Assembly (NCBI RefSeq): GCF_002113885.1
Contig: NW_018408894.1
Location: forward strand, 439,869-503,868
DNA from: Mizuhopecten yessoensis
Lineage: Eukaryota
Length of the DNA: 64,000 nt
Reading direction: 5' to 3'
In this document: positions 23,396 to 37,087 of the stretch, piece by piece
Layout of the letters: each line of letters starts with the position of its first letter
How positions within the stretch are numbered: position 1 is the first letter of the stretch
Made by a program: the position numbers and the translations under genes
The notes under the pieces: generated by a model
Told to the model about the DNA's origin: nothing
The model's database searches: none
Seen by the model: the letters and a program-made list of their open reading frames with translations, nothing else

Positions 23396-25266
23396 ATAAA
23401 CAATGATATCTGTATATATACTATAAACAATGATATCTGTATATATATATACTATAAACAATGATATCTGTATATTTATATACTATAAACAATGATATCT
23501 GTATATATATATACTGTAAACAATGATATCTGTATATATATATACTATAAACAATGACATCTGTATATTTATATACTATAAACAATGATATCTGTTACAC
23601 TTGATTACAACATGACAAATACTGTTATCATTGAAGGGCTATTGCATGACAGAACACTATTAAAGGACGATTGCACTAATCATATCATTGTTTGTTTGAA
23701 AACCATTATGTTAGCTTCATGGCAGCACCATTGTGCTATTTAACTTGTGTGCCATATATAGTCGCTATCAGACTGGTTTACCATTGATGGTAATTACATT
23801 ACTCTTTAAGGACCAATATAGTTTTCCCCTTGGTTATCTTATGGCAATGGCATTGCTTTTTAAAACATCATTAAAATATCACTTTAACTTAATATACTAT
23901 CAAAAGAACATGACAGAACCCCTTCTTTCACTTTAGCATTCTTGTTACAGCTATCATAGCTCGGGGGAAGGTTTTACATACAATGTGCCATGTAGTTGGA
24001 ACCATGTCATGTTGTGTGTGGCATATAGTTGGAACCATGTCATGTTGTGTGTGGCATGTGGTTGGAACCATGTCATGTTGTGTGTGGCATCTAGTTGGAG
24101 CCATGTCATGTTGTGTGTGGCATGTAGTTGGAGCCATGTCATGTTGTGTGTGGCCGGTGGTTGGAACCATGTCATGTTGTGTGTGGCATTATATACTATA
24201 AACAATGATATCTGTATATATATATACTATAAACAATGACATCTGTATATATATATACTATAAACAGTTACATCTGTATATTTATATACTATAAACAATG
24301 ATATCTGTATATATATATACTATAAACAATGACATCTGTATCTTTATATACTATAAACAATGACATCTGTATATTTATATACTATAAACAATGACATCTG
24401 TATATATATATACTATAAACAGTTACATCTGTATATTTATATACTATAAACAATGACATCTGTATATATATATACTATAAACAATGACATCTGTATATAT
24501 ATATACTATAAACAATGACATCTGTATATTTATATACTATAAACAATGACATCTGTATATATATATACTATAAACAATGACATCTGTATATATATATACT
24601 ATAAACAGTTACATCTGTATATTTATATACTATAAACAATGATATCTGTTACACTTGATTACAACATGACAAATACTGTTATCATTGAAGGGCTATTGCA
24701 TGACAGAACACTATTAAAGGACGATTGCACTAATCATATCATTGTTTGTTTGAAAACCATTATGTTAGCTTCATGGCAGCACCATTGTGCTATTTAACTT
24801 GTGTGCCATATAGAGTCGCTGTCAGACTGGTTTACCATTGATGGTAATTACATTACTCTTTAAGGACCAATATAGTTTTCCCCTTGGTTATCTTATGGCA
24901 ATGGCATTGCTTTTTAAAACATCATTAAAATATCGCTTTAACTTAATATACTATCAAAAGAACATGACAGAACCCCTTCTTTCACTTTAGCATTCTTGTT
25001 ACAGCTATCATAGCTCGTGGGAAGGTTTTACATACAATGTGCCATGTTGTTGGAACCATGTCATGTTGTGTGTGGCATATAGTTGGAACCATGCCATGTT
25101 GTGTGTGGCCCGTAGTTGGAACCATGTCATGTTGTGTGAGGCATGTAGTTGGAACCATGTCCTGTTGTGTGTGGCATGTAGTTGGAACCATGCAATGTTG
25201 TGTGTGGCATGTAGTTGGAACCATATCATGTTGTGTGTGGCATGTAGTTGGAACCATGTCATGTTG
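23396..25266 (+). repeat. ~1.05-kb tandem segmental duplication containing 32-bp and 33-bp minisatellites
   Basis: Unique ~390-bp spacer at 23587 recurs at 24641 (offset 1054) with few substitutions; flanked by tatactataaacaatgacatctgtatatata and catgtagttggaaccatgtcatgttgtgtgtgg arrays. Confidence 0.93.
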
Positions 25267-25907
25267 CGCAAAATTAAGTTAGATACCAGTCTTGGCCTTG
25301 TACTTATATCATGAGCACGTGCCCAAGACCCTTGAATGTGTTTGGGTTGTTTAGAGTGTTTGGATAACCTCGGATAATCTTTTATGAATATAAAGAAAAA
25401 ATGGGAAATGTTTAAGATGTACATGTAGTAAAAAAACAACATCAAAAACTTGTTAGAACACTTGAAATTTTATTAGAACATGTTTGATTTCTTGTCCAGT
25501 TAAGTCAGTGCCTGTTCGAACAAAATACCCTTCAAAATAATACATATATAGGTACAGAACAAATCTACCTTATGTTCTATATTATCAGGCTACAGATTAA
25601 TTTCAGTTCTTTTAACCTAATGAATTTCCTTATCCATATTTTGGAAATATTAATCGACTAAGAAGTCCTTAGCTCTGGCAAGGCTTTTCATTTGTGCACA
25701 TAGTCTACTCTGCGGTACATCACCTTCATTTTAATAGTACGCTTTCTTATATCTAAAGTATACCCCGGAAAACCCGTTTCTTTTTTAACGAAATAAAATC
25801 TCATTGGTTTACACAAATCATGCTTAAAATCTATTGCTAAAATACAAACGTTTACGGTATTCTCATCTAAAAAAAATAGTTTAACCTTGTGAAGATTTAG
25901 ATGCCCC

Positions 25908-26070
25908 TTTTTGTCTCCTCAGTTCCTGTCGGTTGCTTTCCTTTTGTTTTGGTGTCTCCTCAGTTCCTGCTGTTGTCTTTTCCTTTTGTTTTGGTGTCTC
26001 CTCAATTCCTGTCGGTTGCTTTCCTTTTGTTTTGGTGTCTCCTCAGTTCCTGCCGTTGTCTTTTCCTTTT
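25908..26070 (+). repeat. ~41-bp pyrimidine-rich minisatellite
   Basis: 4 copies of ttttgttttggtgtctcctcagttcctgtcggttgctttcc. Confidence 0.85.
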
Positions 26071-27416
26071 GACTTCGATTCCAGATTTTGTACTGGTGCG
26101 TTGGAGTTATAGAACTAGTATTTATCTTGGCGCTTTACTTGTTTTACCTATCGATATATGGTTCACTATCCATGTAAATACTTTTAACAAATCTGTTGTA
26201 ATTTGATACAAATTTCATTAGTCATATATCCAGATATATATTTATCCACTTCATAAATTATGCAATGATATAGTAGTGACCGTATTTCAGTGGAGCAAAA
26301 GCAGGATATTTTCAGTATTGTGCTTATTTTTTGTAGAAATTGCCTCTTCTTAAAGTTTTTTAAAATTCAAATCGTGGTGTGTTACTTCGAAAACCGAAAA
26401 TAAGACTGTTATTTTGTAGGAGTAACCCCCCTTAGACTGGTTAGTTATTGTTAACAGAAAGTGTATTTTGTAGTTTCACAAATAATAGGTTAGGTTTGCC
26501 ATTGAATTTCTACTGTAATAGTTTCTGTGGTAAGGAAATCGTGATTTTTTTTTTATAATCTAAGAACAAACAATCCGTGTGTTGGGTTATCATCATCACT
26601 TTAAATTGTAAGAATTAATTAAAGTGAATAAACTAATATGCTTTTACAAACCTTTTGTTGCAAACTCGTACATGTGTAATGTTTTATTAGGAAAATGACG
26701 AAATACGCTTGTCCATACAACGACTAATTGAAATCAGTTAAAACATTTGCTATAGCACTAAACAACAGCACACTTTTACATCATTTCACTATATCGAACA
26801 CAAAAAGAAGAGCATTGACCGAGTTAATTTTGAAAGACACGACGGGCTGTGTGGCAGTTGCCTCTTGCAATGAAAGAAACTGACACTTTTTGTGAAGGTT
26901 TTGTAGGGCAGCCTACATCTTATGGGTTTTCTGTTGTGCCTGTTGTAAATAGGCTTATTTATTAACTTGGAAACTTATTGGAATGAATATGATAAATCGA
27001 CTTATGCTGTAAATGATTTGATATAGAAAAATAGGCGGGCTGTTCGGATCATTCATGCCGTTTCATTGACTTTTACCTACAACGTAGTTCACTCGGAAGG
27101 CATTCCTTGTTTCATAACGAAAAGTTTCACTGTCTCCAGTTTCGATCCAGAAAGGATGATAAACTAACAATATAACAATAACGGTATACATACAGTGGTA
27201 GGGCGAACAAGACAAACAGTAAACAAAATAGAGGCATTGATGTAGAACACCAACTACATGATTTGAGTGTTGATAGGATACGTAGATGACAAAACAAACA
27301 AACAAATAAACAGAACGCAGACTGAAACATGTTTCTTCCATCCAAAACTGTTATACATATATCACATTGCGAGATTTGGGGCAGACATCAGAGGTTCTCA
27401 CTCTGATCTTGGCGAG

Positions 27417-27707
27417 TCGCATGGACGAGGCACCCACATCATCGGCAATACTCGCATGAACGAGGCACCGACATCATCGGCAATACTCGCATGGACGAGG
27501 CACCCACATCATCGGCAATACTCGCATGGACGAGGCACCCACATCATCGGCAATACGTATCTTCGCATGGACGAGACACCGACATCATCGGCAATACGTA
27601 TACTCGCATGGACGAAGCACCGACATCATCGGCAATACGTATCTTCGCATGGACGAGGCACCGACATCATCGGAAATACTCGCATGGACGAGGCACCGAC
27701 ATCATCG
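27417..27707 (+). repeat. GC-richer ~35/41-bp minisatellite
   Basis: About 8 copies of cgcatggacgaggcaccgacatcatcggcaatac(gtatc)t. Confidence 0.92.
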
Positions 27708-28810
27708 TGACGCCCGATAGCGAGGATTTCGTCCTTGAATAAAATTACTTTAAGGAATTACTTTTCTCAGTAGTAACATTCCTACACGGAAAGGGCGTGA
27801 ATAATGTGGAATTCACTTCTACCCAGTTCATTTGCTGTATTTTTGACAACAAGATATGTTAAAATCAATTCCAATCTCCCCTGCTTATTAAGTTTGCATG
27901 CTTTTTTGTTTATGTTAAATGTTGCATATTGATAGACTAAAACGACATAACGATTGTATGGTGCTTCGTCTGTTAAGGAGAGATGCCAATTTGGATTTAT
28001 CTGATAGCTATCAACGATATGTGAAACTTATTGCATACCTTGGGGTTATGCGGACTTGTTATGTGCTAAAGGTCAGCTTGGAGACCTTTCCGAGATATGA
28101 GGGGGTAAAGTAGGGGACCAAAATCCCAAATTACCTCTTTTTGAAATACTAGTAATCATAGTTTTTTTTAAACTCTCTTCGTAATGTTGATGTATTGTGT
28201 AACAGGATAGCTACAAATAGAAGTAATACCGTTTTATTATGTCAACGATTTCTGTTTTGTTCCTAAGTACCCACTATAACCTTGTAATACTTTTAACACA
28301 TTGTTTGTATTACCATCTCAACCAAATCTCATTTAACCTATAGGTTTAAGGACCTCCTCCTAAATAAATAGGCTAGGTGTGTGTCAAGGGGTAGGAATAC
28401 ACCCCATTATGTTAGCCAAAATATCACTCAAAACTATAAAACAATACAACACTTTTATGTGCATCCATTTATTTCAATCATTTATCATTGCGCTGTAGAT
28501 AGTTCTGAAAGTTTATTGTAATGTACTCACATTGTACCGATTGACCCTGTTTCTAGAGTTTAAACATTTCACAGTAAATTATAGGTCACATATATATTTA
28601 ACAGTAACATAGCTTAGCATGGAGTCTGCATGTCTATAAATGGAACTAAATAATTAAGTGACAAACTGATGATTCACTGCCACACTTACTAGTTAACTGT
28701 GTGTAAAACACCATGATTCATAGAGGATGAATTCAATGGTATCCCAATGAATATTATATATATTTCACACGGGGCGACACAATATTGACATTCTATTGCG
28801 CCAGTGGTAT

Positions 28811-31800
28811 TTTACTAGATAAAATCACCTTGATCAACCGTCTCTATTCACTAGGTAAAATCACCTTGAACAACCGTCTCTATTCACTAGGTAAAATCAC
28901 CTTAATCAACCGTCTCTATTCACTAGGCAAAATCACCTTGATGAACCGTCTCTATTTACTAGGTAAAATCACCTTGATCAACCGTCTCTATTTACTAGGT
29001 AAAATCACCTTGATAAATCGTCTCTATTCACTAGGTAAAATCACCTTAATCAACCGTCTCTATTTACTAGGTAAAATCACTTTAATCAACCGTCTCTATT
29101 TACTAGGTATAATCACCTTAATCAACCGTCTCTATTTACTAGGTAAAATCACCTTAATCAACCGTCTCTATTTACTAGGTAAAATCACCTTAAGCAACCG
29201 TCTCCATTTACTAGGTTAAATCACCTTAATCAACCGTCTCTATTTACTAGGTAAAATCACCTTGATCAACCGTCTCTATTCTATATCAAATCACCTTAAG
29301 GAACCGTCTCCATTTACTAGGTAAAATCACCTTGATCAACCGTCTCTATTTACTAGGTAAAATCGCCTTGATCAGTGTCTATTCACTAGGTAAAATAACC
29401 TTAATCAACATCTCCATTAATTAGATACAATCACTTTTATCAACCGTCTCCATTCACTTGGTAAAATCACCTTAATCAACCGTCTCTATTCACTAGGTAA
29501 AATCACCTTGATCAGTGTATATTCACTAGGTAAAATAACCTTAACCAACCGTCTCCATCCATTAGATATAATCTCTTTGATCAACCGTCTCCATTCCCAA
29601 GGTAAAATCACCTTAATCGACCGTCTCTATTTACTAGGTAAGGGGGCTTTTATCAACCGTTTCTATTCACTAGATAAGATTGCTTTTATCGACCGTCTTC
29701 ATTCATTGGGTAAACCAATTTTATCAGACGTCTCCATTCACTAGGTAACTCTATTTACTAGGTAAAATCTCCTTGATAAATCGTCTCTATTCACTAGGTA
29801 GAATCACCTTGATCAGTGTCTAATCACTAGGTAAAATAACCTTGATCAGTGTCTATTTACTAGGTAAAATCTCCTTGATAAATCGTCTCTATTCACTAGG
29901 TAGAATCACCTTGATCAGTGTCCATTCACTAGGTAAAATCACCATGATCAGTGTCTATTCACTAAGTAAAATAACCTTAATCAACAGTCTCCATCCATTA
30001 GGTAAAATCGCGGTAAAATAACCTTAATCACCCGTCTCCATCCATTAGATAAAATCTCTTTGATCAAACGTCTCCATCCATTAGGAAAAATCGCTTTGAT
30101 CAACCGTCTCCATTCACTGGGTAAAATCACCTTGATCAGCGTCTATTCACTAGGTAAAATCACCTTTATCAGTGGCTATTCACGAGGTAAAATATCCTTA
30201 ATCAACCGTCTCCATCCTTTAGGTAAAATCGCTTTGATCAACCGTCTCCATTCACTTGGTAAAATCACCTTAATCAGCCGTCTCTATTCACTAGGTAGAA
30301 TCACCTTGATCAGTGTCCATTCACTAGGTAAAATCTCCTTGATAAATCGTCTCTATTCACTAGGTAGAATCACCTTGATCAGTGTCTAATCACTAGGTAA
30401 AATAACCTTGATCAAGATCTCCATTAATTAGATACAGTCACTTTTATCAACCGTCTCAATTCACTAGGTAAAATCACTTTTATCAACCGTCTCAATTCAC
30501 TAGGTAAAATCACTTGTATCAACCGTCTCCATTCTCTCCATTCACTAGGTAAATCGCTTTTATCAACCGTCTCCATTCACTGGGTAAAATCACCTTAATC
30601 ACCCGTCTCTATTTACTAGGTAAACTCTCTTTTATCAACCGTTTCTATTCACTAGATAAAATTGCTTTTATCGACCGTCTTCATTCATTGGGTAAACCAA
30701 TTTTATCAGACGTCTCCATTCACTAGGTAAATCGCTTTTATCAACCGTCTCCATTCACTGGGTAAAATCACCTTGATCAACCGTCTCTATTCTAGATCAA
30801 ATCACCTTAAGGAACCGTCTCCATTTACTAGGTAAAATCACCTTAAGCAACCGTCTCCATTTACTAGGTAAAATCCCCTTGATCAGTGTCTATTCACGAG
30901 GTAAAATAACCTTAATCACCCGTCTCCATCCATTAGATAAAGTCTCTTTGATCAACCGTCTCCATTCACTAGGTAAATCACCTTGATCAGTGTATATTCA
31001 CTAGGTAAAATAATCTTAATCAACATCTCCATTAATTAGATACAGTCACTTTTATCAACCGTCTCCATTCACTGGGTAAAATCACCTTAATCACCCGTCT
31101 CTATTTACTAGGTAAGATCACCTTAATCAACCGTCGCTATTTACTAGGTAAAATCCCCTTGATCAGGGTCTATTCTCTAGGTAAAATAACCTTAACCAAC
31201 CGTCTCCATCCATTAGATATAATCTCTTTGATCAACCGTCTCCATTCACTGGGTAAAATCACCTTGATCAGTGTCTATTTACTAGGTAAAATAACCTTAA
31301 CCAACCGTCTCCATCCATTAGGTAAAATCGCGGTAAAATAACCTTAATCACCCGTCTCCATCCATTAGATAAAATCTCTTTGATCAAACGTCTCCATCCA
31401 TTAGATAAAATCTCTTTGATCAAACGTCTCCATCCATTAGATAAAATCTCTTTGATCAAACGTCTCCATCCATTAGATAAATCTCTTTGATCAACCGTCT
31501 CCATTCACTGGGTAAAATCACCTTAATCACCCGTCTCTATTTACTAGGTAAGGGGGCTTTTATCAACCGTTTCTATTCACTAGATAAGATTGCTTTTATC
31601 GACCGTCTTCATTCATTGGGAAAACCAATTTTATCAGCCGTCTCCATTCACTAGGAAAAATAACCTTAATCAAACGTCTCCATCCATTAGATAAAATCTC
31701 TTTGATCAAACGTCTCCATCCATTAGGAAAAATCGCTTTGATCAACCGTCTCCATTCCCAAGGTAAAATCACTTGTATCAACCGTCTCAATTCCCAAGCT

Positions 31801-33765
31801 GAAATAACCTTCATCAACCGTCTCAATTCACTAGGTAAAATCGCTTGTATCGACCGTCTCCATTCACTAGGTAAATCGCTTTTATCAACCGTTTCCATTC
31901 ACTGGGTTAAAATCGCTTTTATCAACCGTTTCCATTCATTGGGTAAAACCGCTTTGATCAACAATCTCCATTCACTAGGTAAAATCACCTTGATCAGTGT
32001 CTATTCACTAGGTAAAATAACCTTAATCAACCATCTCCATTCATTAGATACAATCACTTTTATCAACCGTCTTCATTCATTGGGTAAAATCACTTTTATC
32101 AACCGTTTCCATTCATTGGGTAAACCACTTTTATTAACCGTCTCCATCCATTAGGTAAAATCGCTTTGATTAACCGTCTCCATCACTAGGTAAAATCACT
32201 TGTATCGACCGTCTCAATTCCCAAGATAAAATAACCTTCATAAACCGTCTCAATTCACTGGGTAAAATCGCTTTTATCGACCGTTTCCATTCATTGGGTA
32301 AAATCACTTTTATCAACCGTCTCCATTCACTTGGTAAAATAACCTTCATCAACCGTCTCAATTCACTAGGTAAAATCGCCTTTATCGACCGTCTTCATTC
32401 ACTAGGTAAAATCGCTTTTATCAACCGTTTTCATTCATTGGGTAAAATCACTTATCAACCGTTTCCATTCATTGGGTAACCACTTTTATTAACCGTCTCC
32501 ATCCATTAGGTAAAATCGCTTTGATCAACCGTCTCCATCACTAGGTAAAATCACTTGTATCGACCGTCTCAATTCCCAAGATAAAATAACCTTCATAAAC
32601 CGTCTCAATTCACTGGGTAAAATCGCTTTTATCGACCGTCATCATGCACTAGGTAAATTCGCTTTTATCAACCGTTTCCATTCATTGGGTAAAATCACTT
32701 TTATCAACCGTCTCCATTCACTTGGTAAAATAACCTTAATCAACCGTCTCCATCCATTAGGTAAAATCGCTTTGATCAACCGTCTCCATTCACTAGGTAA
32801 AATCACTTGTATCAACCGTCTCCATTCCCAGGATAAAATAACCTTCATCAACCGTCTCAATTCACTAGGTAAAATCGCCTTTATCGACCGTCTTCATTCA
32901 CTAGGTAAAATCGCCTTTATCAACCGTTTTCATTCATTGGGTAAAATCATTTTGATCAACCGTCTCTATTTACTAGGTAAAATCGCTTTTATCAACCGTC
33001 TATATTCACTGGGTAAAATCACTTGTATCAACCGTCTCCATTCCCAAAATAAAATAACCTTCATCAACCGTCTCAATTCACTGGGTACAATAACCTTTAT
33101 CAACCGTCTCCGTCCATTAGGTAAAATCGCTTTGATCAACCGTCTCCATTCACTAAGTAAAATCACTTTTATCAACCGTCTCCATTCCCAAGGTAAAATA
33201 ACCTTCATCAACCGTCTCAATTCACTAGGTAAAATCGCTTTTATCGACCGTCATCATTCACTAGGTAAAATCGCTTTTATCAACCGTTTCCATTCATTAG
33301 GTAAACCACTTTTATCAACCGTTTCCATTCACTAGGTAAAATAACCTTAAACAGCCGTCTCCATCCATTAGGTAAAATCGCTTTGATCAACCGTCTCCAT
33401 TCACTAGGTAAAATCACTATTATCAACCGTCTCCATTCCCAAGGTAAAATACCCTTCATCAACCGTCTCAATGCACTAGGTAAAATCACTTTTATCAACC
33501 GTCTCCATTCCCAAGGTAAGATAACCTTCATCAACCGTCTCAATTCACTCGGTACAATCGCTTTTATTGACCGTCTTCATTCACTAGGTAAAATCGCTTT
33601 TATCAACCGTTTTCATTCATTGGGTAAACCACTTTTATCAACCGTTTCCATTCACTAGGTAAAATAACCTTTATCAACCGTCTCCGTCCATTAGGTAAAA
33701 TCGCTTTGATCAACCGTCTCCATTCACTTGGTAAAATCGCTTTTATCGACCGTCTTCATTCACTA
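28811..33765 (+). repeat. ~5-kb 36-bp satellite (ctaggtaaaatcaccttgatcaaccgtctctattca)
   Basis: About 140 diverged copies with 33/35-bp variants; source of all LGKITLINRL ORFs. Confidence 0.97.
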
Positions 33766-36093
33766 CTACAATTGTAATACAATCAGTAGTGTTTATCACA
33801 TAGATAACGCATTGAATGATTTAAATGATTAAAAAGTTTTTGTTCGAATAAGACAAAGACATTTGTTGATTATATACATATATTTATATTTGAAAATCTG
33901 AGCTGGGTCGGAGCTATGTTTATGTAAATTTTGAAAAATGGCTTTTTGAGAAAGAACAAAAATGACTAATTGAAATATAGGGCATCAGTCTAACATGTGA
34001 CGGTATAATGTGCGTAAACTATACTGTTAAAGACATCTACATCGGACAAAAGCAATATCTCATTGAACACGTATTGATAAAGTGTCTGTTTTACCCTTCC
34101 GTTTTAATCAAGCTATCGTAATATTGATGGATTAATGTCTTATGAAAAACCAAGCTCTCCGTCTTTTCCAGTGTCTAATAAATGTAGGTTTGCCCATGGC
34201 GATGCAGGCCACGGAAGGAAAGTCAAATAATGTTAACAATCGGTATAGCACTTGTTTCCGCCGACACTTAGATCTATGTGTTTACCCTAATACAAAATCT
34301 AGAGAGCAAAGGGACGTGAAGTTCGCGGGTCAGCTACACTTTACCATGTTGTTGATTGACTTGTGCCTTCTAAGGTATAAGTATCTCCTTATCAATTGAA
34401 TATCTATGAGATTTGTATTGAACAACCGTACAGACAACGTGAAGTAATCTGTTACTTATAACTATGCGCTCGCAAACAAGGTTTACATTTTCTCTCTCAG
34501 TGTCTGGAAGTAGTTTTCTTTCACCCGCTGACATATATATGCTGTTTCGTCCTTGCTCCCATCTTTGTTACCCTTCCTACTTACGTCTATGCTTCCGATT
34601 GTGTGTCTTAGTGTTCTTACTTGCTACTCGAGTAACCTTCTGCCTTTTTGGCTGTACTTTCCCCTTTCATCCTGTATCCTCCTATCCTTTTGTCTATACT
34701 TCCTTCATACACATTTGTATTATTTTGTATTTTCGTCTGTACTTGCTCCTTTCTACTCTGTTTTCTTTTGTTTTTGTGTCATTGCCTAACTCATTGTTAC
34801 CTCAACTCCATGTATCCTTTCTCTGGTCGTATTAGTCTAACTCGTCATATTTGTTTGAATCATTGTTTCTGGTCCTTTCATATCCAGTATCAGGGTTTAG
34901 CTCATTCTTCCTTTGTTTACATTATTGTGTCTTTGTCTCAACTAACTTAACTCCTTGTGACATGTTTGACCTTGCGGTGCTCCTTGGTTACTTGTTGCCT
35001 GCATACCTTTACATTAATAAAATGATATTTGCTTAACTTTGATCTTTTAGAAATCATTGATTAGTAACATTACCAAACTGGTCACTGCATACGCTATCAC
35101 AGGTTAACCAACATCTTTAGACATCACTGACATGACATTGGATTCATCTATATTAAAATAGGACACGGACAATCTATGACATGACCAGACCGGAACGAGA
35201 TTCCACAAGCTTTGTAAACACGTCTGACACTAGATTAAGTTATTTCCTGTTATAAACAACCCTGACATTGACAGCCGATGGCCACTTGGCCTTATGAGGA
35301 ATACAATGCAAACGAGCGTGTAGACTCCAGCATTATTGATTGTAACTTCCCGAGGATCTGGCATATCGTTAGTGAGAATCACTGAGGTTCCAGACAAAAA
35401 AAATCTACACGAGTATACATACCGGGGGTACAGCTCCGTGATGTGCAAGTAGATTTACATCTCCTCAATAATAGAAGACTCATCAGAGATACTGAAAGGT
35501 TAGCCAGAATAATTCCAGCAGCATTAATTTTGTCATAATTCCTTTTCTTGTTTTTATCTGTTTGTGAACACCATGCTAGTAACTGTTAGCTTGCCAAAAA
35601 GAAACAAAAAAACCTAGCGAATACTAGTGCCAACAAACCATAATCGAAATCAAATTCGATAAAACTATGGCAAAATATGAACAAAAGAAAGTTTACATGG
35701 AGACTTCTGTAAATGTTAAGGAGATAAGACCATGTGTTTCAGAAGAGTAAGCGTCTGCTGCTTCATTGAAGACTACCGCCATGTAAATCTAGGTAAACCA
35801 GAATTCGGGTAATGACAACAAAACCTTCAGACACATTAAGTATAAAAGCGTCAGCCTTAGCCTTCAAATCACAAACAAACATAGCCTAGATCATGTAGGC
35901 GACCATACAACTTGTTCATTACTTAGTAGTAAGTAGTTGATCCTCTAGAATTTCATGTATTAATATCTTAGTATATCTGTGTAACATGGGTTTCGTCAGA
36001 GTATTCAACGTGTAAGCAGTTGTATACGATACCTCGCTTATATACACATTTGCCTGGATTAATAATGAGTACACACCATCTCAACCACCGCAT

Positions 36094-37087
36094 TTAGTCA
36101 GAATTATCAATTACATGTACATTGTGTAAGGCCATATTCGTCAGAATTATCAATTACGTGTACATTGTGTAAGGCCATATTCGTCAGAATTATCAATTAC
36201 GTGTACATTGTGTAAGACAATATTCGTCAGAATTATCAATTACGTGTACATTGTGTAAGACAATATTCGTCAGAATTATCAATTACGTGTACATTGTGTA
36301 AGACCATATTCGTCAGAATTATCAATTATATGTACATTGTGTAAGGCCATATTCGTCAGAATTATCAATTACGTGTACATTGTGTAAGACAATATTCGTC
36401 AGAATTATCAATTACGTGTACATTGTGTAAAACCATATTCGTCAGAATTATCAATTACGTGTACATTGTGTAAAACCATATTCGTCAGAATTATCAATTA
36501 CGTGTACATTGTGTAAGACAATATTCGTCAGAATTATCAATTACGTGTACATTGTGTAAGACAATATTCGTCAGAATTATCAATTACGTGTACATTGTGT
36601 AAGACAATATTCGTCAGAATTATCAATTACGTGTACATTGTGTAAGACCATATTCGTCAGAATGATCAATTACATGTAATTGTGTAAGACCATATTCGCC
36701 AGAATTATCAATTACATGTACATTGTGTAAGGCCATATTCGTCACAATTATCAATTATATGTACATTGTGTAAGACCATATTAGTCAGAATTATCAATTA
36801 CATGTACATTGTGTAAGACCATATTCGTCAGATTTATCAATTACGTGTACATTGTGTAAGACCATATTCGTCAGATTTATCAATTACGTGTACATTGTGT
36901 AAGACCATATTCGTCAGAATGATAAATTACATGTAATTGTGTAAGACCATATTCGTCAGAATTATCAATTACATGTACATTTTGTAAGACCATATTCGTC
37001 AGAATTATCAATTACATGTAATTGTGTAAGACCATATTCGCCAGAATTATCAATTACATGTACATTGTGTAAGACCATATTCGTCAG
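36094..37087 (+). repeat. 43-bp minisatellite
   Basis: About 23 copies of tattcgtcagaattatcaattacgtgtacattgtgtaagacca. Confidence 0.97.

Noticed and set aside
28785-33658. LRR-like ORFs (LGKITLINRLHS)n
   Set aside because: Satellite DNA with frequent frameshifts and no LRR caps or splice structure.
34464-35036. Several hydrophobic ORFs
   Set aside because: By-product of T/C-rich low-complexity sequence, open in multiple frames.
35640-36090. Possible Penelope-like retroelement remnant on the minus strand
   Set aside because: Only faint motif resemblance (GVY..LI, KLYGR); too degenerate to call.
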